From an uncultured Eggerthellaceae bacterium (GTDB lineage: Bacteria > Actinomycetota > Coriobacteriia > Coriobacteriales > Eggerthellaceae): a stretch of DNA of 64,000 bases. The stretch lies in NCBI GenBank assembly GCA_910577495.1, contig CAJTML010000002.1:4503-68502 (forward strand), given 5' to 3'. Shown one piece after another: positions 57,725 through 64,000 of the stretch (the stretch's first letter is position 1; each line of letters begins with the position of its first letter). The position numbers were made by a program, and so were the translations under genes. Under the pieces are notes generated by a model. That model saw only the letters and a program-made list of their open reading frames with translations, did no database searches and was not told where the DNA came from.

Positions 57725-58630
57725 TTATGCCTTGCGAACTGGCAAACAAAGTCTGAAAAACGCGTCCCTGCTTTCAAAGTTAAAAGCAGGGGTTTCGGCA
57801 ACCACGTCATCAATGTAGTCGCCGTCAATGACGTATCCTTCGCGCTGAGCGTGCTCAATCATTTCAGCAATGAGCGCACGCTCGGTATCTTTGTTTCCCA
57901 TTTCCACATTAATGCAATGTTCGCTGTAGAGCGTGAGGTATTCTCCACCCCGTACGATCTCTGCCTGATGGAACAATTCGCCAAAAGATTCATCAACGAA
58001 GACGTAGGCTTTATTAAATCTAAGGTCTCGTTCAGCAAGACGATCTGCGGTAATTATGCGACCGACGTTCCTATAGAGCGAGATAGGAAGGTTGCGTGCG
58101 CAAATTTCTTGCTTTATGAGTTTGCGAATAGGCTCCCATTGAACGCACAGAGGCTCTGGCCCATTTGGATCTTGCTCGGGAACATCAAAGATGATGGCTC
58201 GGCGCTCTGGTAGTGTTTCAATTTGCATAACATCACATTGAGGCCGATCGCTCAATCTTTCGCAGCTAGTCAAAAACTCGTCAGCCACTTTAAGCGAAAC
58301 GAGGATGTCTTGACGCTGTTTTTCTAACTGATCACGATGTTGACGAACGATTTGTTCCAGCAGTTCAAGCGAATGATTTGTTATCACCTTTTGAATTTCG
58401 TCAAGCGAAAGCCCGATTGTTTGCAGCTCAAGAATGGTATCAAGCGTAGAGCACTGGTCAATGGTGTAATAGCGATACCCTGAGGATGGATCAATGTGTC
58501 GCGGCTCCAGGATTCCTTTTTCCTGATAGATGTGAAGCGCTCTTGTGGAGACGCAGTTGAGTTGAGCCATTTGGCCACAGGTGAGGTACTGTCCAAAGCT
58601 TGTTGTCTTAAGGGATTGAGATTCATTCAT
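57725..58630 (-). CDS. MerR-family regulator with a C-terminal GyrI-like effector-binding domain
   Basis: The ATG at 58630 (MNESQSL...) is preferred; the ORF is open to 58693. HTH YLTCGQMAQLNCVSTRALHIYQEKGILEP...SGYRYY, a coiled linker, and a ~150-aa C-terminal domain of BmrR/GyrI-like size. Confidence 0.75.
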   Translation of the reverse strand: MNESQSLKTTSFGQYLTCGQMAQLNCVSTRALHIYQEKGILEPRHIDPSSGYRYYTIDQCSTLDTILELQTIGLSLDEIQKVITNHSLELLEQIVRQHRDQLEKQRQDILVSLKVADEFLTSCERLSDRPQCDVMQIETLPERRAIIFDVPEQDPNGPEPLCVQWEPIRKLIKQEICARNLPISLYRNVGRIITADRLAERDLRFNKAYVFVDESFGELFHQAEIVRGGEYLTLYSEHCINVEMGNKDTERALIAEMIEHAQREGYVIDGDYIDDVVAETPAFNFESRDAFFRLCLPVRKA

Positions 58631-58769
58631 AAGCAGCCCTTTGAGTGTTGTGGCGGCAAATCTGTTTCGCTGATTGGCAGTTTGAATGGGCAAATTTTAA
58701 GCAAAGACAGGTAATTTATCAATGCGGTAATTATGAGAAAGTACGTCAAAAAAATATCGGAATAAGGTG

Positions 58770-58800
58770 TTGACTCTGTACCTACGTAAGACTTCAAGAT
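58770..58800 (+). promoter_or_regulatory. Candidate MerR-type promoter with a 19-bp spacer
   Basis: TTGACT (58770..58775) - 19 nt containing TACGTA - CAAGAT (58795..58800). It lies upstream of a GGAGGAGGG RBS and the TTG start at 58844. Confidence 0.4.
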
Positions 58801-58843
58801 GTTCATGATGCACTGGGCATTAACGAGAGGAGGAGGGTTAACC

Positions 58844-60424
58844 TTGAAACGAGCAAAGGCAAAGAAACTCTTACTTACCGTGGGTATGAGTGCTCTTTTG
58901 GCTGTTGGCGTCTTCGCAGCAGTTGGCTGTCAGCCAAAAGCTCCCGACAACACAACGAAAGAGGAAGTGGTTGAAGCCACTGATGATACGGTGCTTCTAA
59001 AACCGCAGACAGATCCGTATAATCCGGTAGTTCGAGATTATGGCGACGGGGTGTTTGTACAGCGTACGCCGGGTGAGGATATTTCGCCCACTCAAAACGC
59101 AACAGCTCCATTCCATCATCCAACCGAGAGTGTTCCTTACAACACGTACTTCATGAATACTGATGCACGTGGCTGCAACGCATGCCATGAGGATCTGCGC
59201 CAGACCGTGAAAAACATGCCGTATGGGCACATCAATTTACCGGCAGCAACGGGCATTGAACTTACCGTTCAGATGTGCCTAGACTGCCACAATACCAACG
59301 ATTTCGGTTCGGTCATTCACAGTCTGCACGTAACTGAGGACGATCGCGCGAAGTGCATGAATTGCCATGACGCTTCTGAAATGCTTGATGCTACATCAAA
59401 TAACGCCAACGGTTCAAATACCCGGATGCCGCTTTGGGACGTTATCAAGCACACGCGCATGCGTGGCATTCTGGATGTGCCAGCAGAAGAGATCACGGGA
59501 GAATTTACGTATCGTCAAGATGAGACGTTGCCCGGCGATACCTTCTTCGACATCTCTTGGCAAAACGCTGACTCAGATTACGACCGTATGGCCAAAGCCA
59601 AAGACGGTGTCGAAGTTGACGAAAACCTCTACGATACTTGGACGATTACCGTAAGTGGTGCGGTTGATCAGGAAAAGACCTGGACGCTTTCCGAGCTTAT
59701 TGCAGCAGCTCCGAGCGAGACGTTTGTGACGAAGGAAAACTGTCTGTTGAACCCCATTGGCGGTCCGCTCATTACGCAAGTTGAGATGACGGGCATTCCG
59801 GTTGATTGGCTGTTTGAGCAGGTTGGCTTGAAAGATAGCGCCGTTGCCGTAACACTTGCCTCTTCTGATTCTTCCTTGGGTGGCGTTAATTTCTCCAACC
59901 ATCCTCGTGGTGAACAGGCTTACATTGTCTATGAAATTGACGGTAAACGACTTGAGTGGGAGCAGGGCTATCCGTGCATTTATTGCCAGACGGGTGCTTC
60001 AGCAATGACCATGTGGTTGCAGCTTTCTGACATCATCGTTGAGGAAGAAGAGATCAACGAGAACTTGGGCGTCGAAGACCCCAATGGCGTCAAGATGGTT
60101 CGCCCGAACGTTGGTTTGTTTGACCTGCGCGAAGGCCAAGTAATCAAAACTGGCGAAACCTTCCAGTTCCATGGTTATGCCGACGACAAAGAAAAGCAAA
60201 TTGTGGCAATTGAGGTGTCGATGGACCGTGGTCAGACGTGGAAGCGTTTTGAGACCCCCGATACTGATTTCATTCGTTGGGTAACGTGGACGCTTGACTT
60301 TACCCCAGAAGTTGACGGCGCATACTGTGTCTATGTTCGATCCATTAACGAAGATGGCACCATGACACCTGAACCGATTGAGAAGATGGTTGTTGCGAAA
60401 TCTGAAATGCCGGAGGTGAACTAA
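58844..60424 (+). CDS. Lipoprotein: N-terminal triheme c-type cytochrome fused to a sulfite-oxidase-family (Oxidored_molyb-like) domain and an Ig-like Moco-dimerisation-like domain
   Basis: TTG start 6 nt after GGAGGAGGG; the listed 58799 start would lie in the promoter. Signal MKRAKAKKLLLTVGMSALLAVGVFAAVGC. Three CxxCH motifs (CNACH, CLDCH, CMNCH). SO-fold pattern WTITVSGAV…TWTLSELI…ENCLLNPIGGP…TGIPVDWLFEQVGL…YIVYEIDGKRLEWEQGYP… C-terminus IVAIEVSMDRGQTWKRF…VYVRSINEDG. Confidence 0.7.
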   Translation: MKRAKAKKLLLTVGMSALLAVGVFAAVGCQPKAPDNTTKEEVVEATDDTVLLKPQTDPYNPVVRDYGDGVFVQRTPGEDISPTQNATAPFHHPTESVPYNTYFMNTDARGCNACHEDLRQTVKNMPYGHINLPAATGIELTVQMCLDCHNTNDFGSVIHSLHVTEDDRAKCMNCHDASEMLDATSNNANGSNTRMPLWDVIKHTRMRGILDVPAEEITGEFTYRQDETLPGDTFFDISWQNADSDYDRMAKAKDGVEVDENLYDTWTITVSGAVDQEKTWTLSELIAAAPSETFVTKENCLLNPIGGPLITQVEMTGIPVDWLFEQVGLKDSAVAVTLASSDSSLGGVNFSNHPRGEQAYIVYEIDGKRLEWEQGYPCIYCQTGASAMTMWLQLSDIIVEEEEINENLGVEDPNGVKMVRPNVGLFDLREGQVIKTGETFQFHGYADDKEKQIVAIEVSMDRGQTWKRFETPDTDFIRWVTWTLDFTPEVDGAYCVYVRSINEDGTMTPEPIEKMVVAKSEMPEVN

Positions 60425-61239
60425 TGGAAAAGACCGTAAAAAAGGTTGCAAGTGTTACCGGTTCGCTTATGTTGCTTGCCGGAATGACCGCACCGGGGAC
60501 AGCGGCGTTTGCAGATGAAGCAGTTCAAGGCGAAGCAGCTGAGTCGGAGTGTCCAGTACACGCAGGAGTTAATGTTGTGGATGCTTCCCAAAAAGCTGAC
60601 AAGGTATTTGGTAGCTTTTCGTATACGCAACAAGCCGTAACTTCGAACAAGACTATTGCAAAAACGCTTGGCACGGCAGCTCAATATTTATGCGGCTCAA
60701 ATCTAATATTTGCTGAAAGCGAGTCTTTGGATGCATGGGAGCTGCATGTTGGGGGCGATGTCGCCAACGAATTTAGTGCTACGTTAGATGAGTTGGCACA
60801 AGAAGAAGTATCTTCAGTCGTAATGGGTTGTAGCTGTTCTGGTAACCCGGCTGACGGAACGGCGACAGCGAATGCGCTTGTAACAGGGGTCGCTATTACG
60901 TCAATCATGGATGCCGCTGAGCTTGAAGCTGGAGTCAACACCATTGTATTCACTTCTGCCGATGGTTATGAAATGGCGCTCCCGCTGACCTATGTGGCAC
61001 AGCGCTATTCGCTGATCGTGTTTGACGTGAATGGTGCGCCTTTAGCTGATTCCGTTGGTGGAACAAATCAGTTGTGGCTTGGATCAACCTCAGCACGCTA
61101 CTTTGCACGCGATGTGACTTCAATCAGTTTCGAAACGCGCGAGGTTGCACCCCCTGCGCCTGGTAGTGCCGCTGCGCAAGACAACTACGCGAATGTACCG
61201 AATGTCGCAGTCTCCTCTGCTTCATCCGACAACGCTTAA
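60424..61239 (+). CDS. Secreted sulfite-oxidase-fold (Oxidored_molyb-like) protein, paralogous to the middle domain of the upstream gene
   Basis: TAATG stop/start overlap. Sec-type signal MEKTVKKVASVTGSLMLLAGMTAPGTAAFA with no RR. WELHVGGDV…ATLDELA…GCSCSGNP…VTGVAITSIM…IVFDVNGAPLADSVGGTNQLWLGSTSARYFARDVTSISF. Confidence 0.65.
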   Translation: MEKTVKKVASVTGSLMLLAGMTAPGTAAFADEAVQGEAAESECPVHAGVNVVDASQKADKVFGSFSYTQQAVTSNKTIAKTLGTAAQYLCGSNLIFAESESLDAWELHVGGDVANEFSATLDELAQEEVSSVVMGCSCSGNPADGTATANALVTGVAITSIMDAAELEAGVNTIVFTSADGYEMALPLTYVAQRYSLIVFDVNGAPLADSVGGTNQLWLGSTSARYFARDVTSISFETREVAPPAPGSAAAQDNYANVPNVAVSSASSDNA

Positions 61240-61335
61240 CTAATAGCTTCGAAGAAAAACTCCCCAGTTGCGTCGTTCTCCAAAGAAGTAAGCGTTACCA
61301 AATATATCTTTGAAGCAGATAAGGTAAGGCGTTGG

Positions 61336-61371
61336 AACAACAAGGGCTCGCTTAGGCGGGCCCTTGTTGTT
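61336..61371 (+). terminator. Hairpin downstream of the SO-fold pair
   Basis: AACAACAAGGGC - 12-nt loop - GCCCTTGTTGTT. There is no clear U-tract. Confidence 0.45.
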
Positions 61372-61415
61372 GTACAAAATATGTTGTACACTTATGATAT
61401 CCTTAGGAGGTCATT

Positions 61416-61706
61416 ATGAGTGATGCAATGGTAACAGGCCGTATGCCTGAAGAAAAAAAGATAGCAGCAACGCGGATTTTAGCGCGTGAAAACCTGGCAA
61501 CATCTGAAGTGATTAATCGCGTCTTTGATGAGATCATTGAAACGGGAGGTACTTCATTTTTGTTCAAGAAAGAAATCCTTCCCGAAGCGTGGCAGCGAGC
61601 AGCGCAATTTGTAGATAGCTTACCCATTAAACGGACGGGTAAATATGTTGACATGACCCTTAAGGAGGCCAAGCGCGAACGTCTCACAAACAAAGGGCTG
61701 ATGTAG
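61416..61706 (+). CDS. Type II antitoxin (small DNA-binding, RelB/DinJ- or RHH-like)
   Basis: 96 aa, preceded by AGGAGG. It ends 1 nt before the PIN gene. MSDAMVTGRMPEEKKIAATRILARENLATSEVINRVF…. Confidence 0.55.
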   Translation: MSDAMVTGRMPEEKKIAATRILARENLATSEVINRVFDEIIETGGTSFLFKKEILPEAWQRAAQFVDSLPIKRTGKYVDMTLKEAKRERLTNKGLM

Positions 61707-61707
61707 C

Positions 61708-62172
61708 ATGGCGCACGTAAAGCTTCTTGTGGACACGAATGTGCTCATTGACTATCTGAGTATGCGCGAGCCCTTTTATGAAAAGGCACGCCTCCTTATG
61801 ATCGGTGGTTATGTTGGCGAGTTTGAGCTTTGGATGTCATCATCACAAATGACCGATTTGGTATATATATTGAGCGAAGGAGGCAGTCGGCAAGATGTAC
61901 CTACGGCGCTTCGCCAACTAAAAGGATTGCGAAGTTTTGTGAATGTATATCCTGCTGGTTCCCATGAAATAGATGCGATGTTGCAAGGTGGATGGGGTGA
62001 CCCAGAGGACCATCTTATGGCAGAGGTTGCCTTGAGCCTCAAAGCGGACGCCATTGTAACGCGCAACGAATCAGACTATGCAGAAAGCCTGATTCGGGCG
62101 ATGAGTCCTGAGGCCTTTTTTACTTGGATGAAAAGCGAACACAACCTCGACTACGAAGAGGTTGAGTTTTAA
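61708..62172 (+). CDS. PIN-domain toxin (VapC-like)
   Basis: 154 aa. LLVDTNVLIDYL (first acidic PIN residue), …SSSQMTDLVYIL…, …DPEDHLMAEVA…, …IVTRNESDY. Confidence 0.7.
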   Translation: MAHVKLLVDTNVLIDYLSMREPFYEKARLLMIGGYVGEFELWMSSSQMTDLVYILSEGGSRQDVPTALRQLKGLRSFVNVYPAGSHEIDAMLQGGWGDPEDHLMAEVALSLKADAIVTRNESDYAESLIRAMSPEAFFTWMKSEHNLDYEEVEF

Positions 62173-63548
62173 TTCGTAGCCTCAAGTTCGCCTTTTGCAA
62201 TCTCTTCTTCGACAACTTCTTCTGCAGCAAGCTGCTCGGGAGCACGTTTATCAGGGATGATAAAGATAAACACGAGCAGGCTGGCAAGCAGCAGATAGTT
62301 GTAGAACAAAAACGGCATAACCTCAAAAGCGTTGATGGCAAAGCCCAGCTCAGCGCAGGCAGAAAGTGCTACGAGCATTTGAGCGCCGTACGGGATGATG
62401 CCTTGCGCAACGCACGAGAACGTGTCCAACAGCGAGGCCGTCTTGCGACGAGAAATGCCGTAGGTTTCGCCCATCTCGCGGGCGATGGGGTTCGCCATAA
62501 CGATGGCCACGGTGTTGTTTGCGGTGGCAACGTCCATAGCAACGACCAAAACGCCCATGCCCAGCTGGCCGCCCTTGCGCGTTTTGAACGTGCTGCGGAT
62601 GCCGTTAAGTAGTGCTACGAAGCCGCCGTTTTCGCGAATGAGTGCGCAGATGGCGGATACTAAAATGGCCACCATCGTGGTCTCGAACATGCCAGCCGCA
62701 CCCGAGCCCATGTTCGCCAGCAAATCGGTGGCAGCAGTAGCGCCGGTGGCAATCATGATGATGGAGCCAGAAACAATACCCAGCAAAAGCACGATGAAGA
62801 CGTTGATGCCAATGATGCCGCCTACTAGTACGATGAGGTAGGGGATCAGCTGGATGAGGTCGTAGCTTTCGTTGACGCTGCCGTTGACCGCGGAGTTCAT
62901 GGAGAGCACGAAGATGATGATGAGGGTGGCAAGGGCGGCGGGAAGTGCGATCTTGAAGTTCTCGCGAAACTTGTCGGACATCTTGCAGCCTTGCCCCTGA
63001 CATGCGGCAATGGTGGTGTCGGAAATGAACGAGAGGTTGTCGCCAAACATGGCACCGCCCATGACTGAGCCAACGCAGAGCGGCAAACTGAAGCCAGAAG
63101 CCGCAGATACCGCAACCGCAATAGGCGTGATGAGCGTGATGGTGCCAACTGACGTGCCCATGGAAATTGACACGAAGCAGCTCACCACAAAGAGCACAAC
63201 GACTGCCAACTGCGTCGGGAAGATTGAGAGGAGCAAGTACGCAACGCTTTCGGCGCTGTCGCGACCGACGGTGCCGACGAAGATGCCCGCTGTCATGAAG
63301 ATGAGGATCATGGTGACAATGGTTTTGTCGCCAATGCCTTTGCCCATGACAGAGAGTTTTTCGTCAAAGTTGAGCTTGGGGTTTTGGAAGCACGCAACCA
63401 ACAGCGCAATCAGGAAGATAACCACAATGGGGATGTTGTAAAAGCCCATGGGAATGTTCATACCGTATTCGAATAGGATGCCCAGACCCAGATATAAAAC
63501 AAGAAATACGCCGATGGGGATAAGTGCTTTGACATTGCCTTTTTGCAT
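62169..63548 (-). CDS. nhaC: Na+/H+ antiporter NhaC family
   Basis: The ATG at 63548 (MQKGNVKALIPIGVFLV…) follows AAAGAGGAA; the ORF is open to 63638. Polytopic, about 459 aa, with an NhaC-type pattern. Confidence 0.8.
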   Translation of the reverse strand: MQKGNVKALIPIGVFLVLYLGLGILFEYGMNIPMGFYNIPIVVIFLIALLVACFQNPKLNFDEKLSVMGKGIGDKTIVTMILIFMTAGIFVGTVGRDSAESVAYLLLSIFPTQLAVVVLFVVSCFVSISMGTSVGTITLITPIAVAVSAASGFSLPLCVGSVMGGAMFGDNLSFISDTTIAACQGQGCKMSDKFRENFKIALPAALATLIIIFVLSMNSAVNGSVNESYDLIQLIPYLIVLVGGIIGINVFIVLLLGIVSGSIIMIATGATAATDLLANMGSGAAGMFETTMVAILVSAICALIRENGGFVALLNGIRSTFKTRKGGQLGMGVLVVAMDVATANNTVAIVMANPIAREMGETYGISRRKTASLLDTFSCVAQGIIPYGAQMLVALSACAELGFAINAFEVMPFLFYNYLLLASLLVFIFIIPDKRAPEQLAAEEVVEEEIAKGELEATN

Positions 63549-63765
63549 TGGTTCCTCTTTGTGGTTCGTATGATGTGATCTATTTGCATGAGGCAGGACG
63601 TTCGCCAAAGTACAGCGATCAAGCGCGTGTCCTCTCATGTATGACGCGATTTTGCGGCTTCATAGTATAAAGCAACGCACACAGCGCAACTCATAAATGC
63701 TTTCGAAGGGTGTGCTGAGTGGGTGGTTGGAGGCAGTAGTGAAGCTGGGCGTGTCAAGGATTTTG

Positions 63766-63843
63766 GATATTTTGGTGTTTAACGTTTGCATCCAGAATAC
63801 TGTATATTTATACTAATAACCAAAATATCAAGAATTCTGGATG
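63766..63843. promoter_or_regulatory. Two interleaved inverted-repeat pairs upstream of the XRE gene (candidate operators)
   Basis: Pair A: GATATTTTGGT (63766..63776) and ACCAAAATATC (63819..63829). Pair B: CATCCAGAAT (63789..63798) and ATTCTGGATG (63834..63843). Confidence 0.5.
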
Positions 63844-63852
63844 GAGTCTTTT

Positions 63853-64000
63853 ATGTGGACTAATTCTTATGACCTTGAGCAGCTGGGAGCCTTTTTGCAA
63901 GAGGCGCGTAAAGAAAAGGGGCTCCTGCAAACTGAGTTCGCAGCGAAGCTCGGTGTGTCTCACACGACGTTGTCCAACCTCGAACAAGGAAAGAATACAT
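63853..64000 (+). CDS. XRE/Cro-C1-type HTH regulator, 5' part only (runs off the window)
   Basis: MWTNSYDLEQLGAFLQEARKEKGLLQTEFAAKLGVSHTTLSNLEQGKNT…. Confidence 0.7.
   Translation, partial: MWTNSYDLEQLGAFLQEARKEKGLLQTEFAAKLGVSHTTLSNLEQGKNT

Overview
This window covers the chromosomal replication-origin neighbourhood of a Gram-positive actinobacterium. I infer Coriobacteriia, Eggerthellaceae-like, from gene content and order; this is not proven.

Core layout:
- Left of about 15.4 kb, almost everything is on the minus strand: M28-like membrane protein, membrane coiled-coil protein, dinG, ddl, parB-parA-rsmG-jag-yidC-yidD-rnpA-rpmH.
- Right of it, genes are on the plus strand: dnaA-dnaN-recF-gyrB-gyrA.
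- This is the divergent arrangement expected around oriC.
- DnaA boxes lie both between rpmH and an extra gene inserted upstream of dnaA, and between dnaA and dnaN.
- Six parS-type sites with core TTTCACGTGAAA are scattered over about 48 kb.

Further right:
- a heme-themed cluster (HemX-like protein, degenerate HemA-like protein, AhbD/NirJ-like radical SAM protein) plus a class-III ABC importer
- tRNA-Ile and tRNA-Ala, then typA and a PrsA-like lipoprotein
- two tRNA-Ser genes followed by an AT-richer accessory stretch: four small ORFs, then a membrane LuxR-type regulator with a Tat flavoprotein reductase
- rpsF-ssb-rpsR-rplI-dnaB, an SbcD/YhaO plus YhaN-like pair, purA, purD, a HemN-like radical SAM protein and ackA
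- a second accessory stretch: a MerR/GyrI-like regulator, a triheme cytochrome c fused to a sulfite-oxidase-fold module plus an SO-fold paralog, and a PIN toxin-antitoxin pair
- nhaC and a partial XRE regulator gene

Most interesting candidates:
1. The Sec-exported cytochrome-c/SO-fold fusion pair.
2. The GHKL-ATPase/winged-helix protein encoded between the DnaA-box cluster and dnaA.
3. The catalytically degenerate HemA paralog cluster.
4. The LuxR-sensor/flavoprotein reductase pair with CAATTGC-containing repeats.
5. A marked AT-rich trough that covers core origin genes.

I saw no rRNA, CRISPR array, transposase or integrase.
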